Positions 1 through 5,253 of a DNA stretch of 8,938 nt are shown here, in pieces. A program made the translations under genes and the position numbers. The stretch lies in IMG/VR virus record IMGVR_UViG_3300009774_000005; one strand, 5' to 3'. Numbering within the stretch: the first letter of the stretch is position 1; each line of letters starts with the position of its first letter. Below the pieces are notes generated by a model, which worked only from the letters and a program-made list of their open reading frames with translations, was not told the DNA's origin and ran no database searches. The stretch is from a virus.

Positions 1-123
1 ATGAGGCGCAGAACTTTGCGCACACCATAGACGGCAGCGGCCATCGTGACCATGACGGCGAGAACGGCCAGCACGGCGGTTTGCGCATCAGCGATGCCAG
101 TGGTAGCAGCGGTAATGTCAACC
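1..123. repeat. Terminal overlap, copy 1 (identical to 8816-8938)
   Basis: Base-by-base comparison shows all 123 nt identical. This fits a circular genome written with an assembly overlap, or the start of a second tandem unit. Confidence 0.95.
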
Positions 124-194
124 ACAGCAAAAGCAGAACCACCAACCAGAGCAGCAGAAACCAGAGCCGATTTAACGAAGAGAGCTTTTTTCAT
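1..194 (-). CDS. Major coat protein (g8p-like), 3' end cut by the window start; same gene as 8809-8938
   Basis: Minus-strand ATG at 194-192; the ORF runs off the window start, which probably explains its absence from the track. Hand translation: MKKALFVKSALVSAALVGGSAFA/VVDITAATTGIADAQTAVLAVLAVMVTMAAAVYGVRKVLRL. The final IK* is supplied by 8809-8817. Total 66 aa: signal peptide with an AFA site, one hydrophobic helix and a basic C-tail, which is the classic inovirus coat architecture. The SD is weak (GAAAG about 9 nt upstream). Confidence 0.8.
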   Translation of the reverse strand, partial: MKKALFVKSALVSAALVGGSAFAVVDITAATTGIADAQTAVLAVLAVMVTMAAAVYGVRKVLRL

Positions 195-237
195 TTGAGA
201 ACTTTCAAACACCGAAACCAGAAGCAAACGCTTCCTA

Positions 238-297
238 AAAATCCCGGTCGGAAACTCACAGCACATCACTGCGTTAATGAGTTTCGGACTGAGATTT
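238..297 (-). repeat. 60-bp hairpin-containing direct repeat, copy 1 (terminator-like on the minus strand)
   Basis: 58/60 identical to 464-523 (mismatches at 268 and 293). Arms 243-258 and 278-293 pair: a perfect 8-bp core (gaaactca/tgagtttc) extended to about 12-14 bp with one G:G mismatch, and a 19-nt loop. On the minus strand the stem is followed by ATTTTTA. The element overlaps the TAA stop of the zinc-ribbon ORF. Confidence 0.85.
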
Positions 298-442
298 ATG
301 CAAAATCACCGGGCTCAACAATCACACCACAATCAGGACATTTCAGACCATCCTCGCGTGGATACCAAGATTGATAATCACTTTCAACGCCGCACTCAGG
401 GCATTCAAGAGACATATCAAACTCATCATTTTCAGTTTCCAT
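296..442 (-). CDS. 48-aa zinc-ribbon protein (CPxCG ... CPDCG), not in the ORF track
   Basis: Hand translation from ATG 442-440: METENDEFDMSLECPECGVESDYQSWYPREDGLKCPDCGVIVEPGDFA*, stop TAA 298-296. Strong SD AAGAGGGGG ends 3 nt before the ATG. Two CxxC knuckles lie 18 residues apart. Confidence 0.6.
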   Translation of the reverse strand: METENDEFDMSLECPECGVESDYQSWYPREDGLKCPDCGVIVEPGDFA

Positions 443-463
443 ATACCCCCTCTTACTAACCGG

Positions 464-523
464 AAAATCCCGGTCGGAAACTCACAGCACATCCCTGCGT
501 TAATGAGTTTCGGACTGAAATTT
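464..523 (-). repeat. 60-bp hairpin-containing direct repeat, copy 2
   Basis: 58/60 identical to 238-297 and offset by 226 bp. Same hairpin (arms 469-484 and 504-519). On the minus strand the stem is followed by ATTTTCC. Its last base is the first base of the TGA stop (525-523) of the 77-aa ORF. Confidence 0.85.
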
Positions 524-756
524 CAACCCATAGAAACCGGGTAATCGTGCACTGTGCCGAGCCGGTCCAAGTCGATCAAAACGGGCTGATCATCAAAATC
601 GCAGTTGTCGTGAACGAGTTGCATAGCCGTTTCCACGTCCGAAACCACACCGCCACCAGCTTCACGCAAGGAAGCAATCCAAACCGGTTCACCGCCTTCG
701 ATATCAGGGCACAGAAATTTGCCAGTTGTGAGGGATTGAACGAGGAAGCGGCTCAT
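523..756 (-). CDS. Hypothetical acidic 77-aa protein
   Basis: ATG at 756-754 lies one nt after the TGA of the upstream ORF (TGATATG), so the genes are tightly packed in an operon. I recognise no motif. Confidence 0.55.
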   Translation of the reverse strand: MSRFLVQSLTTGKFLCPDIEGGEPVWIASLREAGGGVVSDVETAMQLVHDNCDFDDQPVLIDLDRLGTVHDYPVSMG

Positions 757-757
757 A

Positions 758-1087
758 TCAGGCAGCTTTCGACTGGGGCGTTTGAGCAGCCGGCTTGACG
801 TCCAACAGCGTCAATTTGGTTTTTCCGTCAGCTGCGGCGACCACATCAAAAATGCAGTTCACCAAAATGCCAGCAGGCGGAAACGAGTTTTTCAGATGTT
901 CCCATTTTTTGAATTCGGAGGCATCACCGAAAGTAAAGGGGCGGCTTTCCTTGCCGAGGGAGCGGCCTGCAGTGTTGTCAGCAATGTCCACGACCAGATG
1001 AAATTTGGTAGAGCTAAACGCCTTGCCTTCCATGGAGCCTTGTGATTCTTTAATGCCGATGCAGGTAACTTGCGAATTCATTTGCAT
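758..1087 (-). CDS. Putative ssDNA-binding protein (gene V analog), called by position only
   Basis: ATG 1087-1085 with SD AAGGA about 9 nt upstream. 109 aa, immediately downstream of the replication initiator, where inoviruses place the ssDNA-binding protein. No diagnostic motif recognised. Confidence 0.5.
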   Translation of the reverse strand: MQMNSQVTCIGIKESQGSMEGKAFSSTKFHLVVDIADNTAGRSLGKESRPFTFGDASEFKKWEHLKNSFPPAGILVNCIFDVVAAADGKTKLTLLDVKPAAQTPQSKAA

Positions 1088-1118
1088 GATGTTTTTTCCT
1101 TATGCCCTTGATTGAGGT

Positions 1119-2465
1119 TTATGCGACAGCCGGGCAGCTATCAACCGAATAGGTGGCGTCAGTGCCGATGATTTTTTTCAGATTGAAAGAATTTTCAAAA
1201 CGCGTGAATGCAGCCGACATAGAACGTTTGATTTCGGCAGTAGAGAACTTACGCAAACGACCCGGGAGCTTTTGGTGTTCAAGGATTGACCACAGTTCGT
1301 CAAAGCCGAGAGATTGAATGGCAAGAGCCATAGTGGCCCCGGCAGTCTGACCAAACCAGCGCACGTTACGGGAGCATTCGGCCTCTACCGTTTCGATCTG
1401 GAGGCGTGGGATGCACTTGACGAGTTCAGGCATGACGATAGCGTCAGCCTTGAGCAGCATGGAGGCGTGCCAGTCAGAGGCACCGGCAAAGAAATCAGAC
1501 GGGCGACGCAGCATTTCAGACGACAAAACACGGTGTTTATTGCCGTAGCGCAATTCAATGCGGAGCCATTCCGAATTGAATGCTGCCCCGAAAAGTTGAT
1601 CACCTTTCTCATAAGCATTGGTGATTTTTCCCGACTCACGCGAGCCAATATAGATGGACCGATCATGGCCGTTTGCCCAGTCGCCAACCTGATTAAATTT
1701 CAGCTTTCGACCACCAACATTGCACAGACCATCGATGTAATCTTGCTTCATTTGCTCGACACCACCGACGACGCCATCAAAGAAATCAAGTGCCAAATCG
1801 CACCGGGTCAAGGTGCCGTCCAGATCATCACAAATATCGGCAATACGGATGCGCCAGCCAATATCCGCGAAGGTGCAGGCCATGCCGAAGAGGTTGACAT
1901 GAATGGAGTTCGCCTGCCCGTCCTGATGCGGGCTATTGCTGGAGGAAAGGTAACCAACCCAGCCGACTTCCTGCCCGTTGAGTTCAATCGACCAGCGAAA
2001 ACGGTAAAAATCAATGCCTTTTTTGGGTTCTGAGAAGACGGTAAAGCCTTTTCCAAGAGCGGTGGCAACCCGTTCCGCCAGTTCAAACGCTTCATTTCCG
2101 ACGATGAATTCTTCATCAGTTTGATCATAAATCGGCATGCGCCGAGCAGCATCCTGAAGCAAATATGACGGATCAAAAATCGATGCATCATGGTCCCGAT
2201 ACCGCGGATTGCGAATGTCCATGGCGAGGTTTTTCGGCAAGGGGAAAAGTGTGTCAATCGAGAGGGCAGCGACATTGCGCCGGATCACGCTAAAACGCAC
2301 CCAATCGATATGGACAGGGGTTTTAGAGGCTTGACGTTCAGCCAGTAAACGAAGCTTCACCACGTCACCGTCAACAACGAGAGCCGACCAGTAAGGCCGA
2401 TCAGGAGTGCCTTTTTGTTTAGCCACGGTGTGAAGCTCCAAAGAGGGCAGGAAGTGCCGCACCAT
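1119..2465 (-). CDS. Rolling-circle replication initiation protein (Rep_trans / RstA-like)
   Basis: Largest ORF in the window. Segments such as IDWVRFS, CDLALDFFDG, IYIGSRESGKITNAYEKG and WLRIELRYGNK resemble the phage/plasmid Rep_trans family as I recall it. The track start at 2507 is TTG. I use ATG 2465; GTG 2426 (GGAG 9 nt upstream, overlapping the stop of the 82-aa ORF) is an alternative. Confidence 0.8.
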   Translation of the reverse strand: MVRHFLPSLELHTVAKQKGTPDRPYWSALVVDGDVVKLRLLAERQASKTPVHIDWVRFSVIRRNVAALSIDTLFPLPKNLAMDIRNPRYRDHDASIFDPSYLLQDAARRMPIYDQTDEEFIVGNEAFELAERVATALGKGFTVFSEPKKGIDFYRFRWSIELNGQEVGWVGYLSSSNSPHQDGQANSIHVNLFGMACTFADIGWRIRIADICDDLDGTLTRCDLALDFFDGVVGGVEQMKQDYIDGLCNVGGRKLKFNQVGDWANGHDRSIYIGSRESGKITNAYEKGDQLFGAAFNSEWLRIELRYGNKHRVLSSEMLRRPSDFFAGASDWHASMLLKADAIVMPELVKCIPRLQIETVEAECSRNVRWFGQTAGATMALAIQSLGFDELWSILEHQKLPGRLRKFSTAEIKRSMSAAFTRFENSFNLKKIIGTDATYSVDSCPAVA

Positions 2466-2667
2466 GCCGAACGGGTAGAGGCTGAGAGGTTGTCCCCGTA
2501 TTACCAACGGGGTGCGCTTCGCGCGGACCAGCCGCCGCAGCCGCTACGCTTGCGCTCACGGCGGCTTGGGCCGCGCAAGCATTCATAGCCGCACAGCCAT
2601 TGCCGATAGATGAAATGAGCATGCCCATGCAATCAGGACGCGGAGTCGTGCAGAAAGAGCAGTTCAT
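2419..2667 (-). CDS. Doubtful 82-aa Cys/Ala-rich ORF overlapping a GC-rich hairpin region
   Basis: Its ATG 2667-2665 overlaps the TGA 2666-2664 of the upstream ORF (ATGA coupling), which favours coding. The product is low-complexity Ala-rich and the DNA carries nested GC hairpins (2530-2580), so it may be non-coding. Confidence 0.3.
   Translation of the reverse strand: MNCSFCTTPRPDCMGMLISSIGNGCAAMNACAAQAAVSASVAAAAAGPREAHPVGNTGTTSQPLPVRHGAALPALFGASHRG
2530..2580. other. GC-rich nested/alternative hairpins upstream of rep
   Basis: agccgccg (2530-2537) pairs perfectly with cggcggct (2559-2566). gcttg (2564-2568) pairs with caagc (2576-2580). Confidence 0.5.
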
Positions 2668-2867
2668 TCGACCACCTGAACAGAGTTGCAGCTAAAAAAA
2701 GCTGGCATATCGTGGTAACGACTGACATGCGAACGTGGATAACAAAGACCCAAACGAACCCTAGAAACCTGAAAACGCAGACCGTGCCACGACACCAGAG
2801 CGCCGCGTTTGACCAGCTTTGCGCCTGTCAGGTCGAAATTGCTTTTGCGAAGGGTTGCCATAGTCAT
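2664..2867 (-). CDS. Hypothetical basic 67-aa protein
   Basis: ATG 2867-2865 overlaps the TGA 2866-2864 of the MTase-like gene (ATGA). Product MTMATLRKSNFDLTGAKLVKRGALVSWHGLRFQVSRV... No motif recognised. Confidence 0.45.
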   Translation of the reverse strand: MTMATLRKSNFDLTGAKLVKRGALVSWHGLRFQVSRVRLGLCYPRSHVSRYHDMPAFFSCNSVQVVE

Positions 2868-3592
2868 GCACCAGCCCATGCGCGAAAAGCAGCACGTTTC
2901 GCACCGGCACCACTCACCAGCTCAGTGTTACACCGAGCCTGGGTCAACGTAACAGCAGCGACCGCTGGGTGTAACAACGGAGCCCGGCACTTGGCCGCAA
3001 TTTCAACCAAAAAACGGGCAAATCTTGGAGGGGTACGTTCCCGATCCGCAGGTGAAAGACGAAGGGTTCGACCTTCAGCTCGGTGTAACTGGACCGGAAT
3101 ATGAGGCACCTCAGAACAGGAAACGCCACAGATGTATAGCCAAGTGGGCTTGGGAGCTGCATGACCAAACCAACCCTGATCAACCAACAGCGTAAAACCG
3201 CCCCAAGCATCAACAGTGCCGACTGGAGGTAACAAAGCAGCAGCCCATAACTTTGAAGCAAACGGGTGTTCAAGCACACCGCCATAAGTGCGGATGCAAT
3301 CAACTGCGAAAAGACCTAATTCTTTTTCACCGACACGAGGCTTTGCCAGATGTGACAAACGACCCCAACCACGGCATGGAGGGTGCGCAACTACAGGATC
3401 AGGACCGATATAACTGCGGGCGTCACGAGGCGCATCCCACACGTCTGCTACCAGGTCGAAGTAACAAGAATCGGAACGAGCGAAAAGAACTGACACTCCA
3501 GGTCGGCGTAACTGAATGCCCCCCACCAGCCCCGCGCCGGAACCGCCAAGAACTGGCGCGGGTTTTTGTGCAGATGGAAAAAATTTGGACAT
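2864..3592 (-). CDS. Short C5-cytosine-methyltransferase-like protein (242 aa) with almost no target-recognition domain
   Basis: The track start 3643 is GTG; the first ATG is 3592-3590 (MSKFF...). Motifs appear in canonical C5-MTase order: Gly-rich loop GGSGAGLVGG; VVAHPPCRGWG (motif IV-like, Cys codon 3376-3374); LGLFAVDCIRTYGGVLEHP (V/VI-like, ENV replaced by EHP); GWFGHAAPKPTWLYICG (VIII-like, QxRxR arginines absent); LSPADRER (IX-like); TPPRFARFLVEIA (X-like). Confidence 0.6.
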   Translation of the reverse strand: MSKFFPSAQKPAPVLGGSGAGLVGGIQLRRPGVSVLFARSDSCYFDLVADVWDAPRDARSYIGPDPVVAHPPCRGWGRLSHLAKPRVGEKELGLFAVDCIRTYGGVLEHPFASKLWAAALLPPVGTVDAWGGFTLLVDQGWFGHAAPKPTWLYICGVSCSEVPHIPVQLHRAEGRTLRLSPADRERTPPRFARFLVEIAAKCRAPLLHPAVAAVTLTQARCNTELVSGAGAKRAAFRAWAGA

Positions 3593-3610
3593 TTGGCGGT
3601 TCTTAAATCG

Positions 3611-3714
3611 CCTACGTGTTGTAGGCAAACGAATAATAACCACACCTACAACGTGTAGTCAACTAGGTGCGTAAAATAAATACACCATGTAGGCATGAAT
3701 ACAACACGTAGGCA
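3611..3714. promoter_or_regulatory. Array of four operator-like sites, consensus (C/A)TAC-N5-GTAGG(CA)
   Basis: A 3611-3625 cctacgtgttgtagg. B 3645-3659 cctacaacgtgtagt. C 3679-3695 aatacaccatgtaggca. D 3698-3714 aatacaacacgtaggca. C and D are identical at 14/17 positions. All four lie in the 128-bp divergent intergenic region. Confidence 0.55.
3633..3662 (-). promoter_or_regulatory. Candidate sigma70-type promoter for the long minus-strand operon
   Basis: On the minus strand: TTGACT (3662-3657), an 18-nt spacer, then TATTAT (3638-3633). It lies about 40 nt upstream of the ATG at 3592. Operator-like site B fills the spacer and site A lies just downstream. Confidence 0.45.
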
Positions 3715-3720
3715 CCAAAT

Positions 3721-4047
3721 ATGCAAAACACAATGAATCTTTTGGATAGCGCACTTTCCCAAAAGCCCGCGCCGTTTTGGACAGAAAAATTAAAGCTATC
3801 AAGGAGTGCACTTCACACAGCAAAAACAAGAGGCCACCTAAGCCCAGCCATTGCCGGAGCGCTTGCCGAAGAACTTGGACAAGATTCGACCGAATGGATT
3901 GTGGTCGCCGCCCTGGAGTCAGAGCGGGACAGCGCCTGCAAAGAACGCATGATTAAAACGCTTGCAGGAAGGATCAAAAGCCGAATCGAATCACTTTACT
4001 TAATACTTGTTGACAGACGCCAACGACCCCGCTTTTCCACCCGGTGA
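3721..4047 (+). CDS. Candidate phage repressor (Cro/CI-type HTH-like), the only plus-strand gene
   Basis: ATG at 3721 (alternative 3733). The segment KLKLSRSALHTAKTRGHLSPAIAGALAEELG looks like a helix-turn-helix. The gene is transcribed divergently from the replication/structural operon, like rstR-type repressors. No clear SD. The last 52 nt overlap the recombinase 3' end. Confidence 0.5.
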   Translation: MQNTMNLLDSALSQKPAPFWTEKLKLSRSALHTAKTRGHLSPAIAGALAEELGQDSTEWIVVAALESERDSACKERMIKTLAGRIKSRIESLYLILVDRRQRPRFSTR

Positions 4048-4583
4048 ATCGAATCGCGCAACCCGGCTTCACTCATACCGAACATTTCACCCAAAATCTT
4101 GTGTTCAAACCCCCAACGCCACATTTTGGCAACTTCGATACATTCTTCAGGCGTTAAAGTCGGCTTTTTGCCCCAAGTCTGACCCCGAGCCCTTGCCGCA
4201 ATCTGCCCGGCCATGCAGCGCTCTCGGATCAATTCCCGCTCGAATTCAGCAAAAACCCCCAGTAGCTGGAGAAACATTCTGCCCTGCGGTGTGACCGTTT
4301 CAATTGATTCTGTCAACGATCTAAACCCGACATTCTTAGCCCGCAACTGTTCAAAAATACGGACGAAATGCGACATTGACCGGGCCAGTCGATCAATTTT
4401 GTAGACGCACAAAACATCCCCCGGCAACAAGACATTAGCTATCAAATGCTCCAAAACAGGACGCTTTTTAATGGCCGATTGTTTCTCTTCAAAAACCGAA
4501 TCAATCTCGTTTTTCCGAAAAGCGGCAAGCTGCAATTTTGTAGATTGTTCACTGGTGCTGACTCTGGCGTATCCGTAAATCAT
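3996..4583 (-). CDS. Small serine recombinase (resolvase/invertase family), 195 aa
   Basis: The track start 4625 is TTG. The true start is ATG 4583-4581, with SD AGGGGG 7 nt upstream. MIYGYARVSTSEQ contains the catalytic Ser motif. Also present: KIDRLARS, the E-helix-like VFAEFERELIRERCMAGQIAARARG, and a C-terminal HTH-like segment. Confidence 0.9.
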   Translation of the reverse strand: MIYGYARVSTSEQSTKLQLAAFRKNEIDSVFEEKQSAIKKRPVLEHLIANVLLPGDVLCVYKIDRLARSMSHFVRIFEQLRAKNVGFRSLTESIETVTPQGRMFLQLLGVFAEFERELIRERCMAGQIAARARGQTWGKKPTLTPEECIEVAKMWRWGFEHKILGEMFGMSEAGLRDSIHRVEKRGRWRLSTSIK

Positions 4584-4721
4584 TGTTTTACCCCCTGTTT
4601 TGAGGCTGAAATTTACATAATTCAAAAGGCGCTTAAGCCAAGAAATGGGAAATACCCCATGTTGCTAAATCGCTCAAATGTCACTGAAACAGATCCTGCG
4701 GCGACTATTGGCCTTCGGCAC

Positions 4722-4741
4722 ATGGGGGCGGCCACCCCCAT
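4722..4741. repeat. 20-bp GC-rich imperfect palindrome atgggggcggccacccccat
   Basis: 7-bp arms atggggg/cccccat around cggcca, in the 183-bp gap upstream of the recombinase gene. No T-run follows on either strand, so it is not a canonical terminator. Confidence 0.6.
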
Positions 4742-4808
4742 ACCCCCTAGCAGCCTCAAACCGGGTTAACGCTATTCGCTTCCCGGTCATCGTGAACAGC
4801 CGTATTTA

Positions 4809-5030
4809 TCAGGAAAGAGCTTTCCAGTTTTCAGCAAGTTCATGCAACCGATTCTCGAGTGCCACACGTACAGCACCCCACGGCTGCGACGAATCAAGCA
4901 AGTCAGGATTTTGGGAAATAAACAACTTGATCGTCGTGAAATCACACCACGTGAAATTTGCAATTTCCTCCTCTGACTCGTCTGAAGCCATAAGGGAAAT
5001 TTCAATTTCACGAAATTCTGAAGGTTTCAT
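4809..5030 (-). CDS. Hypothetical acidic 73-aa protein
   Basis: ATG 5030-5028, the first ORF after the AT-rich island and upstream of the recombinase. Weak SD (GAAAG). Preferred over the antisense 133-aa plus-strand ORF, whose Ser/Arg-rich composition looks like a shadow frame. Confidence 0.45.
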   Translation of the reverse strand: MKPSEFREIEISLMASDESEEEIANFTWCDFTTIKLFISQNPDLLDSSQPWGAVRVALENRLHELAENWKALS

Positions 5031-5085
5031 TTTTTGCTTTCAATCTGCTCTCGCATTGACTAAAGTTTCACCAAAATAACAAAAT

Positions 5086-5113
5086 CCAACCAGACACCAA
5101 CCACCCACCAACC
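5086..5113 (-). repeat. Three CCAACC (minus strand GGTTGG) repeats phased at exactly 11 bp
   Basis: CCAACC at 5086-5091, 5097-5102 and 5108-5113. The minus strand reads GGTTGGTGGGTGGTTGGTGTCTGGTTGG. Confidence 0.8.
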
Positions 5114-5230
5114 GGGTCTAAATAGGACTTTTTGCAACTTTCAAAATTAGGCAGAGAGTGGTTGACTAAATTAGTATGCTACTTATTTAGTAGCATCGAT
5201 AACAAAGATAACAACTTATGACTACAGTTA

Positions 5231-5253
5231 AATAAAAGATATTATCTTTTATT
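5231..5253 (-). terminator. AT-rich 23-bp palindrome just downstream of the RHH gene; possible operon-end terminator or protein-binding site
   Basis: aataaaagata-t-tatcttttatt has 11-nt arms. It lies 16 nt after the TAA at 5271-5269, at the end of the long minus-strand gene string. The stem is all A/T, so intrinsic-terminator strength is uncertain. Confidence 0.35.

Noticed and set aside
1-123. Terminal repeat as an LTR/IR of a transposon or as phage DTR packaging ends
   Set aside because: The repeat is direct, lies inside a coding gene and restores that gene when the ends are joined. Inoviruses have circular ssDNA genomes, so circular-assembly overlap or a tandem unit is the simpler explanation.
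195-266. In-frame upstream ATG at 266-264 that would add 24 aa (MCCEFPTGIFRKRLLLVSVFESSQ) to the coat protein
   Set aside because: The ATG sits in the loop of the repeat hairpin, and the extension would bury the canonical MKK... signal peptide. The frame being open is probably incidental. This remains a caveat because the SD at 194 is weak.
81-459. Plus-strand ORFs 81-374 and 277-459
   Set aside because: 81-374 starts at TTG and is antisense to the coat gene; 277-459 is antisense to the zinc-ribbon gene. Their Ser/Arg/His/Gln-rich products are typical of antisense frames.
344-492. Alternative 49-aa frame starting at the ATG in the copy-2 hairpin loop (MCCEFPTGIFRLVRGGIWKLKMMSLICLL...), overlapping the zinc-ribbon ORF
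   Set aside because: It has no SD and starts inside a stable stem-loop, whereas the zinc-ribbon frame has a strong SD and paired CxxC motifs. It cannot be fully excluded without comparative data.
238-523. Possible CRISPR array or integron attC sites
   Set aside because: There are only two repeat copies, the intervening sequence is a well-formed gene with an SD, and there are no cas or intI genes. The GTTAATG in the element does not fit the attC R-box consensus GTTRRRY.
1314-2033. 239-aa plus-strand ORF, together with 1385-1687 and 1808-2275 in other minus-strand frames, lying over the rep gene
   Set aside because: They lie wholly inside the motif-bearing Rep ORF, have no SD or recognisable motifs, and have shadow-frame composition. 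The same reasoning applies to 547-798, 782-1045, 795-1001, 2712-3104, 2944-3303, 3253-3606, 3448-3645, 4007-4294, 4213-4404, 4446-4769, 5526-6480 (the several plus-strand ORFs in that span), 5856-6086, 6590-6862, 6955-7290, 7280-7480 and 8457-8678.
3060-3085. tRNA T-arm-like gaagggttcgaccttc, a possible tRNA fragment or attP
   Set aside because: The loop is 6 nt rather than the canonical 7-nt TTCRANY context, no acceptor or anticodon arms can be built around it, and it lies inside the MTase-like coding frame.
4622-4741. 39-aa minus-strand ORF (MGVAAPMCRRPIVAAG...) between the 73-aa gene and the recombinase
   Set aside because: The GGGGG run sits only 1 nt from the ATG, which is too close for an SD. 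The ATG lies inside the GC palindrome, and the product has no recognisable features.
4787-5079. 74-aa minus-strand ORF 4787-5011 and 133-aa plus-strand ORF 4678-5079, which compete with the 73-aa ORF
   Set aside because: Their composition is Ser/Arg/Cys-rich and shadow-like. The 73-aa frame has an ATG directly after the intergenic island and helix-like sequence. Confidence in the 73-aa call remains moderate.
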